From Bigelowiella natans CCMP2755 (Eukaryota; Protista; Cercozoa): a DNA stretch of 64,000 bases. The notes beneath the pieces were generated by a model, which saw only the letters and a program-made list of their open reading frames with translations, was not told the DNA's origin and searched no databases. The DNA is taken from the NCBI GenBank assembly GCA_000320545.1, contig ADNK01000002.1:124001-188000 (forward strand), given 5' to 3'. Both the position numbers and the translations under genes were made by a program. Shown here in pieces: positions 49,658 to 64,000 of this stretch. Every line of letters begins with the position of its first letter. The stretch's first letter is position 1.

Positions 49658-50835
49658 ATGCACGGATCCATCTTCTTCGTCGTCTCTGCAGCTCTAACCT
49701 CTGCAGCTGCTACGGGCCAACAATCTTCTCTGGGGTACGGAGTCACTCGTCCAGGGTCGCACTTGAGAAAAAATTTCGGCCAGAGACCTTCCACGCTATC
49801 CCAAAGGCCACTGAGGAGTCTCGCAATTTCCAGAGCTGAGAAACCTGATGTAAAAAAATTCCAGGAGGACCTGGAGCAGAAATTCGTTGAAAAACGCGTC
49901 GAAATGCTCGAAGAGACGCAGAAAGACAAGGCAGATGCCGCTCCCATCGGTCTGGCAAGCTGAAGATAGTCTCATTCTCCTCGCTTTCAAAATATCAAGA
50001 ATTTTCTTTGTTTCAACACGCGATAGGTACGCAGGGAGGAACCGCACCGTTGGGCGAATTTTGGGATCCAGCCAGCTTTACCAGAGATGCCGATCCAAAT
50101 CAGGTGCGAAGGTATCGTGAGGCGGAGCTCACCCACGGGCGCGTTGCAATGCTTGGCGCTCTTGGATTCTTGGTTCAAGAGAAATTTTCTCCACTCTTTG
50201 GAGGAAACATCGATGGGCCTGCAGTCTACCACTTCCAGGAGATTTCCAAAATTGCACCCTCGTTCTGGTATCCTGTATTCCTTGCCATTGCAATCGCTGA
50301 AGTTGGAAGGGCCAAACTCGGCTGGGTACGACCACATCTATTCATCTTTCACCCTCCTTTCTCCTCTTTATATGCTGACTCTCTCCTATGTACCTGCCCT
50401 TACAGGAAGATCCCGTAAGTGGCTCACTATGGGGTCTAAAGCCTAGCTATGAGCCTGGAAATCTAGGCTTTGATCCTCTCGGCTTGTACCCTAAGGATGC
50501 CTCGTCTGCTGTCCAGATGAAAAATAAGGTAATAGTACGTGGAGGTATCGGTATCTGTCCCCATTTCTGATTTTCCTTCACCTGCTCCCTCCCTTTCAGG
50601 AGCTGAATAATGGGCGACTCGCAATGGTCAAATCTTTTGTAATGACGAATAAATGCCTATGTTCTCCGGCACAACTTAAGTTTCATGCTGGATAGATAGC
50701 GATTAACAATTTGAGAAAACAAGTTCTCGTGTTCTCAGTTGTTTTATCCCTCACCCATAAATATGACAATCCCAGATCGCATTGGCTGGATTTATTGCAC
50801 AGGAACTCGTCACTGGGGAAGAGCTGCTCAACTAG
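49658..50835 (+). CDS. LI818/LHCSR/LHCX-type light-harvesting protein with bipartite plastid leader
   Basis: TAPLGEFWDP, REAELTHGRVAML, FSPLFGGNIDGPAVYHFQ, PGNLGFDPLGL and KELNNGRLAM/IA motifs. Confidence 0.93.
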
Positions 50836-50928
50836 GAAAAACACATAATGCATTATCAGTCCGGGCTGCAGAGTAAAGCGCATACATAGTTACGTTGGCA
50901 TGACATCGCAGAGCCGCGTGGTACACGT

Positions 50929-50964
<36 letters not shown>

Positions 50965-51392
50965 CTAAAATGCTATGGACACGTATGCATATAACATGCA
51001 TGTATTACGTACATTGTACATGTACACGGTCTGTGCGTGTCTGTGAAATCAAGTGCATGCCTAGATCATGCACGCTTGCACCCGCATGCAGCGAGCATCA
51101 TATGACACGTTGATTCTCGTGCATGCATGCAACTGCGCCCACACATGCGCACATGTGATTGCGAGTTCAGTTGCATTGAACTAAATGCATGCATGGTTGA
51201 GCATAGATGTCATCCTAGCCTCGCTGCTAGCTCGCTACGGGATGTGCAATGCGCTGCTGACCAGCTTGCTCTCATTATTCGCAAAGTCTTTGCATGTTTT
51301 TTGCAACTCATGCACGCATCGCATGCTGTCAGCGTCACTCGTGCATTTCACAGGTGCACAATAACGATTGAACATTGACAGCAGCTTCGTGG

Positions 51393-55912
<4,520 letters not shown>

Positions 55913-56011
55913 GAGGCCAAGATGATCGTCCCTTCCTCGTCCGTCTGTCCGTCCGTGCTTCTGTCCCGATAATGTCGTCGTCGTTGTCGTCCTTAATGAT
56001 CAATTCGTAAG

Positions 56012-56061
56012 TTGGTCGTAATCCCGGTAGGCTGGCTTAATAATACCGGGATTACGACCAA
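56012..56061. promoter_or_regulatory. Perfect 18-bp inverted repeat in a divergent promoter
   Basis: TTGGTCGTAATCCCGGTA-(14 nt)-TACCGGGATTACGACCAA. Confidence 0.6.
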
Positions 56062-56225
56062 AGAAACTTGTCGCAAGTTCCATTCACAAAAACAAAAAAC
56101 AAAAGCAAAACAAATTCTCCGAAACGCTCGCAACGTTACCATTCAGTTACCGCCCTAGATCTAATCTAACACACGAGACAAACAGCATCTTGTGGTGTAG
56201 TGTGGTGGGAGAGGCAGCATCCAAG

Positions 56226-57918
56226 ATGAGCCTGGCGGTGAAAAGCATTGAGATGGGGCTGATTGCTAAGATACGGGGGGGATGCAAAATTGATTGCGGA
56301 ATTTGGGGAGCCACGGAAGGCCTCCAGGGTGTCCAAAAGGCAAAGTGGGTTCCAGACTCCAAAGCTTGTATTTGCATGGAGGAGGGCTGCAACCAAGTAT
56401 TTTCCATAGTCTATCGTCGACATCACTGTCGTACGTGTGGAAAAGTGATTTGCGATAATTGCTCAGGTAAGTTTTTTCATTGAGAACTCAACATGTCATA
56501 ACATAGAGAATATGAGCATTGGCATACTCTTCTAGACATTTTTCGTGCCGCCTTGTGATAGCACAAACTTTTACTTATCATTGCATAAAGTCTTTCTAAG
56601 GTTTTAAGGTAATCCACATCGCCATATACGTAGGTTGGAGAATGAAGGTGACTCTTTTCTCTGAGCTGCAACGGGTGTGCAACACTTGCGCAATGGATTG
56701 GATACAGCGTGCCAGCAAGAGCATTCTGAGTAAATCGACAACCGAAAAAACTCCAGCGCTGCAAAATGCAGCATTACAACAGTGTGAATCAAAACGTGGA
56801 GAAACACAAATGAATGACGATGAGCGCCAAACGAATAACGATGAGCGCGGGCAATTAAGTCAGGAATTAGAGAAAACAGGCATGGAATTGGAGGCCGAGC
56901 GAAAGAGGAACCTGGATGCAACAATGCGACTTAAGGCGGAAAAAAATAGCTTAGAAAAGGATTGCAAGAAGCTTATGATTCGTTTGAACAATCTGAATAG
57001 GTCACTGGCTGACGAAGAGACAAAAACGGAAAAATTAGAGAATGATTTGTTAAGGTTGAAGGAAGAGCTTCAAATACAGAAAGAGGAAAGGGAACAAGCG
57101 GAAACCAAACTGAATATCCAAAATGAAAACTTGAGAAACGAATGCACAAGACTGGAGAAAGACATAGTCTCTGAGAAAGAGAAAAGTAGGGCTAAGTATG
57201 CAAAGCTGGAAATCGACCTAGCTGCTGAGAAGGAGAGGTGCAGGGAAGCACTTGTAGTCGAGAAGGAAAAAAATCATAAGAATGCTAGAAAAATCCATGA
57301 ATTGGAACAAACACTGCTACGTAGCAAAGAGGAAATGGGAAATGTGCATGATCAACAAACAGCTCTAGAAGTGAAAGACAGAGAAAATATACTTAAGATT
57401 CAGGAATTGAAGGATCAGCTGCAGAAGTACAGACAACAATTAGCACGGTAGTCGTCCCAAGCATTTTGACTAGAGCTTAAAATAGTATACAATCATACCC
57501 AGTCAGGTTTATGTCCCTTATTATACTGTATATAACTCTCTCCCATGTATAGGAACCCTGATAAAAGCACCCGAATTGGAAGGAGGTTGTCAAGACCAAA
57601 CTCAGGCAGTTTCCTCGTCCATGTAAGCGACAAAGTTAAGTCACCTAGCAAGAATCAAGCTGCCAATGGAACGACACCTAAAAGAGATTTAGCAGCAGAT
57701 AAGTCAAAGAACACTGAAGATATTTTAGGAGTGACCCCGACAGGGTAAGTTTCATATATCCATGGCAGTTTCTGAGAGAAAACAGTATCTAATTTTTAAA
57801 GTATAACTACTAAGAGCTTCTTGTACGCAGGACACCAAGAATCAGTAGGAGGAATAGTAGGAGTAGTATGTTCTCTGTTCACAGCCGAAAGTCGCTGACA
57901 AACCCAACCATGTCTTAA
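56226..57918 (+). CDS. FYVE zinc-finger + coiled-coil protein
   Basis: WVPD...C....C...RRHHCRTCGKVICDNCS/...RVCNTC followed by a long E/K-rich heptad region; GT-AG introns. Confidence 0.88.
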
Positions 57919-58152
57919 GAGGTTCTTCAGTGCTCAGCTCATAGGGAAAAAGTTACATCGTAGAGATCTAGAATTTTAAGTTAATCATCATGATAGGCCA
58001 CACCCTAGCACCTAATGATGAATGCGATGCATGTGCCATGTGCCATCGGCATCACAAAATGCTTAGCTTGCTTGTTGGCTACCGCTATTAGCTTGCGGTC
58101 GTGGTGGAAGCGCACGCCGCACTACGATGTTATTGATGCAAATGATTCGCCT

Positions 58153-58605
58153 CACGGCCACCACAGCCAGGCCCTGGCGTGATCAGGATGTCCGAAATTG
58201 CAAATGCGAGCTCGCAGGCGACTAGCAAGCGCAGCACAGCGCGTGCATGTGACCACAAACACATGACAAGTGGGTTGCGGGCTGCAAAAATCCACATTTT
58301 CGACAAAACGTGGTCAAAACATGTTTTTTTGAGGTTTTGACGCACATTGAAAGGACGAAATTCGTACCAATGTTGAACAAATGTGGAAACAAAACCGACA
58401 GGTGTCATCACAAAAAAATGAAGCGCAATTCGTTCAGTGCTCAACTGTGGAATGTGCAACGTGAAGGTCCCACATGCAACCGACATCGCACTCAGACACA
58501 ATGTGCATGTGAAAAAATCGAAACGCATGCGCGCGCAAAATGGATTTTGCAACGAAAATCCAGGGTCACAGATCACGCCGCCAGGCCCTGGCTGTGGTGG
58601 CCGTG
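58153..58605. mobile_element. Non-autonomous DNA transposon (MITE), ~30-bp TIRs, 3-bp TSD CCT
   Basis: CACGGCCACCACAGCCAGG.CCTGGCG at the left end and its reverse complement at the right end. CCT at 58150-58152 and 58606-58608. Confidence 0.85.
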
Positions 58606-59160
58606 CCTCCCGTCATGGTTGCTAGCTAGCTAGCTGGCGCACTGTGTCGTCAGCAGCTAGAAACAGCCATGACACTGATGATGCGTGAGAACTGAAGAAA
58701 TTGTGTCGCTTGTCAGCTGCGATGCGTCAGCTATGCCTGCCTACGCTAGCTAATGCTAGCACATCATCGCTAGATCGTAGCAGTTGGCTGCGCATGTGAG
58801 CATGCAATGTGATCGCATGATGCAATCTATCAAGCTATGTAGCATTGTGCATGCTCGAACATGAGCAGAAGCACAGTATCGCATCATTAATTTAAGCAAA
58901 GAGATCAGAGATTTACGCCTGTCATTTTCATCTGCTTTTGAATGGCGTCGTGCTAAAGCTGAAAATATCTCCAATCAAATTGAAATTTATACGATGATTT
59001 ACATCATTGCAACCATCCATTGCTGTCTAGCTAGCTGCAATGCAGTGCACACAAAATCATTTCTATCCATCCAGTCTTGCATGTTCTGTTCACATTGCTC
59101 ATTCCTGTAAACTGATGATCTGGAACTGGATTGCTTATTATGTCTACTATTGCCTTATAT

Positions 59161-61012
59161 CTAATTTCGTAACAACTTTAACACCTCATCAACATTCCCA
59201 TTCACCGCTTCTAATGAATGCCTTAAGAATTGTTCATTCTTGTACCCCATGTCTTTTAATTTCCTCAGCTCAGTATCGTAGCGGAAAGGAGTTTGCTGTT
59301 GTTGCTGCTGCTGCTGCCATATCTGTCCTGATGGATTCTTTACATGAGGATGATAGTACGGAGAGGAATTGCCTGTTGAATTGTAACCCGTGCTTGGATG
59401 ACCAGCCTGCTGCATTCCATAGTTCCCGTAAGGAAAGCACTGTAGACCAGGAGTACCTCGTGGGATAGGACGGAGCGAGGCAACCTTTTTGCGCCGCGAT
59501 TGATGGTTACGTGGGGAGGGACCGTGAGAATAAGGGTGAGATTGGTGGTGGCAACGGTGATGATGATGATTGTGATGACTACGGGGGTGGCGTTGATGGT
59601 GCATAGCATGATGCTGCTGATGGTGGTGATGATGTGCATTTAATGGAGAGTTCTCATAATTGCCACAAACTTGGGGCGGTGCTTGATGTTTGGCTGTGCC
59701 AGATCCACAATCATCCACAGGCAGGGAATATTTCTGATCGCGGCCGCTGTGACGTTTTTCCATCCTTGCCAAGGGACAAGAGCCTTTAAAAACCTCTTTC
59801 CCAGTCGAACGTAAGGTGCATATAATCTTACGGAATAGAGGCAATCCAGACATTTTCACCGGGCCAGTGAAGAGGTCATGAAGCTTGGGGACGAGCTCAA
59901 GCATATACATGCCGAGGCAAATTTGCGGTGGAAAAATTTCAGTGAATTTGCGCAGGTGTGGCATGGCCATCTTGATCATATAATGCTCACGGAGAACCTC
60001 TTGGGATTTAATCGCGACTTCAAGACTTGTTTGAAAGCCTGATGCCAAAGTGAATGAGGATCCAGTCTGTTATACTTAATGTTGCCAATTAAATTACCTT
60101 TCCCGTCAAGCATGTTCGAAATAAATTCAGGAACAGCTCCTTGTATAGCGCTCACTACTTTCTCGTCAGAAAAGAATTCACAAACGGATTCCTGGAGTCA
60201 TGAGGAAAATTAAAAACTCCATCATATCGAAAGCAAATTCCTGGATACCTTCACTAAATTCTTCAAGATTTCTTTGTCACACTGCCCCTCGTGCTTCATG
60301 GAGGATTGTGATGAGTGGACTCTGTGGGCCCTTTTTTTCATATGTTTGCGAGCTCCTGGTTTCGTTTTCTCTTCGCATTCCACACCTACGGTGGCCGAAC
60401 GACTCTCCGGGCTACTGGGAGAAGGTTGTAATATTCCAGAACTAATCGTCCGCTTAGGGTTCTGTAAGTCTTTGAGGAAAAGTTTCAGAGTCCGCCTGAT
60501 TCAAAATCGGAATCAAATTTCTCACAGCCTGCTCAAGCTCAAACTTCCCATACAATCACCAAATCATGCATTTGAACGTCTGGGTACAGTACATAGAAGG
60601 TGTAGTTCACACTTACAATTAAATATCAGTTACCCTTCAGTCTCCATAACATCGAAGGCTTCTCTAAGTTCTCTATCTGAAGAAATATCGACGAGATCAT
60701 CTTCATCGTCCCTATACTGTACCACAATACCATCTGGATCGACATCAAACCTGGATGATAATACGTCATAAGGAAACTGCCCATGGGAAAGATTTAGCAA
60801 CAGCACTCACGTTGTACGGACTAAGGCCAAGAATTCTGAAAAAGTCTTCGCACTCAATAAGGTGACTGGAAATCGTCTCATATCTTCCCCGTATGCCTAA
60901 GAAGCACCATTTTTTATTTTAGGGACGAAAATGAGAAATGGAAATGATTGAGAGGTACCATCTTGAAGAAGCGTTTTTTCCTTGGTTTCTGCGTGTGATT
61001 GTCATTCGCCAT
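59161..61012 (-). CDS. PB1 + UBA domain protein (p62/NBR1-like), multi-exon
   Basis: PB1 DMRRF and OPCA motif VQYRDDEDDLVDISSDRELREAF; C-terminal UBA ELRKLKDMGY...LEAVNGNVDEVLKLL. Confidence 0.82.
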
Positions 61013-62031
61013 GGATTCAGGTAGTGTAACTCGTCGCCACTCGCCGGACAACCGAGCGCTAGGTTCTTTCTTGCCTCAATTCTCTACGTGTCGTATTCTT
61101 GAGAATTCACTCTAAATAGATAACTTTCCCAGATCTTGCCTCAATTTCCTCAAGATAGATCCAATTATCGGAATCCCAAAACTAAAAGGATATCGAAATT
61201 CCCTCGCGGACGATCGGGGGGCGGGGGGCGGGGGGCGTGGGGCGTAGCTTGGGTTCCTGTAGTCCTACGTTGTAGCCTATTCTTCAACTTTTCTTTGTTA
61301 AGATATATTTGAGAGTATATCCAATATGAATTTTTCTTACATTTTCTCCTCATTCATTGTCTCAGTATAACAACGATGTTATTTTCTAATTTTTTTAGGC
61401 AGTACCTGGTATGAAATGCACCAACCTGGTAACTTGTAGTCGAAGTGCATCCTTAAAGCTTAAAATGTCAAGGTCGTTTTGCTCAAAAACCCAGGAGGTT
61501 TTTGAGCTGTTCTTCTTCTCACCCGGAAGCAGAATTATGTGGCAGGATGATGAATTCATCACGAAGAATGGTGGTAGCTAGAATTAAAGCCTGGAATTTT
61601 AGAGATGATTGTGTCAACAAGAATTAGAAATATGAAAAATGAAAGCCGTACTTTCTTTCAAAACGATGAGGAGCTCCGTGTTGTATCTGAGTTAAAAGGA
61701 ATGAGATGTGAATTGGGTTCCGTCCAGGCATAACAAAATATGATCTGTTTTCCACATACGACATGAGAGCCTTCTACATTTCCTATTCAAACGCGTCATG
61801 AATGGTGCTCGTATTTTTCTATTTTGGTGATTTTGCATGGAAAATTGCCTGAACCATGTTCTTGGAGCACTGTCCTGATGGCTTCATTGGAAAATAATGA
61901 GAAGTTCATACGAGAAATATCGTAGAAAACCAATCAGCCTTATGTTGCATCCTGGTAGGATATTCGCCTGTATTTCTGTATGAAAGCACAACAACGTGCA
62001 AGTCGTAGTAAAAAAATAACATTTACATTAA

Positions 62032-62688
62032 ATGGCGCTCTACGCCGGAATCAACTTGCGGCTGGTTCTTGCATTTTTCCTCGTGTCCTGCTGGTGAGCT
62101 ATGTTCATTCTTCGAGCGCTCCTGTGTAGATTGACTGATTGAAGTGCATCGCATTAGTGTTGTACTGGAAGAATTCCATTATAAAGCGTTATCAACAGCG
62201 CTGGTGTTGGCAACAACCGAGTCTCCACATACCCCACAACAACGACGACTGGCCGCAGGCAGAAGGCTTCAAAAAATGCGTACGTTGGACTGCTAAGATC
62301 AATGAACAGTCCAATCATATTACTTATCGGTGGTGGTGTTCTTCTGGCTCGCCCTACATACATACATACTACTTAGGCCGTGCTTTAACATTAAGACGAG
62401 GTGTAACATCGAACCTAAACCGAATCCGTGGAGGTAGCTGCATCGCACCATCCTCCTCACTGAGCGGCGGCTGTTTTAGTGGGCGCAGATACTTACATCG
62501 CACTTCTTCCGCTCTGAAGGCTGCCGAGGCAGGCGATTCTATGACTGGAACCATTGATGTAGGGCCACCCCACAAACGAATATGTTTGACCCACACAAAG
62601 CAGCTACGTATGTTTTTACATTGAAATGCAGATCGAACTTCATTCCAAAGTTTTTAGCCCTCTCCAGAGAATATGTATATTCTGTTGA

Positions 62689-62728
<40 letters not shown>

Positions 62729-64000
62729 TGGTTATGATTATTGCTACAGGTGCGTGTGGCAACGTATAACGTGTTGTCGTCGTCGCTGTGCGAGCCCGAT
62801 TATTTCACAAGCTGTAAGCCTGAAAACTTGGACCCCGAGAAACGTTTGCCAAGAATCTACTCCCAATTGGAGGAAGAGATCAGAAATGAGGCAATCATTT
62901 GCTTACAAGAGGTAATATACGGAGTCTAGGGGCATTTGCAGAAGTACGGTTGTACCTAAAAGCCACAATCTCAACGAATCTGCTCTTACCTTTTCTATGT
63001 CTTCCACTGGATGTGGTGTCGTTTGCTCAATTTGTTGCCAGATTTCGATGAGTTGGGCTGGTCCTATGCACGCTTTCTTCCACCAGAGAGGGTAAAATTA
63101 GAACTTTTCTCGTCATACTGAACAAGAAAGAAGACAAAGCATTGCAGCAGTAGATAACAACAATCAGGGATATCGCATAGTATTTTATCTTAAACGGGTC
63201 GATGGTTTTCCTCCTGATGTAGAACCTAAACGCTTTCGCTGAGGAGATATCAACTTTCACTCACATTGTGCCCATGATATGTCGAGCACTTTGGCGTCCA
63301 TACTCAGAAAAGACTGACATTGAAATCCCTATTAAACAGATATCATCTGGTTTTATCATTATACGGTGGTTCTAGGAATGGATACATGGGGTTTGTCAAT
63401 TTCCCATCAAAGAAATTTGGTGCTTTATTGTCAAACGCATATTAACAACCAAGTAGTCGCTTTATATATTGAAATACAAGTTTAGTATTATTCATCCACA
63501 CATGCTGTCTCAGGCATTGTTTTGTATCATGTGTGAGTGCTGCTTATTTTTCTTCATTTTCTTCTTAGAATTGGGCTCGCGTTCCCTTCAGATCGATTCG
63601 AGTCAGAGATGGTGAGACGAGCAACGAGAGAAAGAGGGAAACGGGTTGCGCAAAGGGAATTGCTTGGGAATCATTTTTTTTTAAAGTGGCCGAAAACATG
63701 TGGACTCTTTATTTTCCTCGCGCGACAAAGACTTTTTCAGTGTGGGCGCTGAGTAGTGCCACCAAACATTGCTCTAGTAGGAAGCCCGTCGTGAGAGATT
63801 TTACAGTGTTGTGTTGTGTTGGTCAAAACGACAATTGTGCTGATTGTTTCCCTGAACAAGCGTAGCGGCCATTGCAATAAGATAATGATCTAACGATAAA
63901 GGTTACGAAAACACTGAGGGTAACGATGATTTTATCTGCTTTTGACCAAAAACTGTAGATTGACATCAAACGCTTGAGCGATGCTTTCGAGCTGCCACGC
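62032..64000 (+). CDS. Endonuclease/exonuclease/phosphatase (CCR4/nocturnin/Angel-like) protein, 5' part, with signal/transit-like leader
   Basis: VRVATYNVLS...R...IICLQE/...NGYMG/IGLAFP exons; hydrophobic N-terminus. Runs off the window end. Confidence 0.8.

Noticed and set aside
49940-50040. GC-AG first intron in the LHCX gene
   Set aside because: An in-frame GT-AG alternative exists; cannot be decided without transcripts.
61216-61242. G-quadruplex/GC-box tract in a divergent promoter
   Set aside because: The sequence is real, but it is a common motif with no further support for function.

Overview
Intron-rich, gene-dense eukaryotic nuclear DNA, most likely from an alga with a secondary plastid. 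Signal-plus-transit-peptide leaders, an LI818/LHCX protein and microsatellite-filled introns fit a chlorarachniophyte such as Bigelowiella; this taxon call is inference. About 17 host genes lie mostly in alternating orientation. A young Ty3/Gypsy LTR retrotransposon is present as a tandem LTR-internal-LTR-internal-LTR array (16616-26734) bounded by one 4-bp TSD, and one copy has an in-frame 1020-bp deletion. Several MITE-like elements are also present. Two observations stand out. (1) Spacers downstream of genes, especially between convergent genes, have lost almost all TpA dinucleotides (none in 38966-39923) while keeping CpG and the tetramer CTAG. This looks like a regional TA>TG/CA hypermutation process opposite in direction to fungal RIP. 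(2) The Gypsy integrase ends in what appears to be a degenerate Dam-like N6-adenine methyltransferase domain instead of a chromodomain, and the element inserted at a CTAG site within a TA-poor island. Exon boundaries were read by eye, so multi-exon gene limits are approximate.
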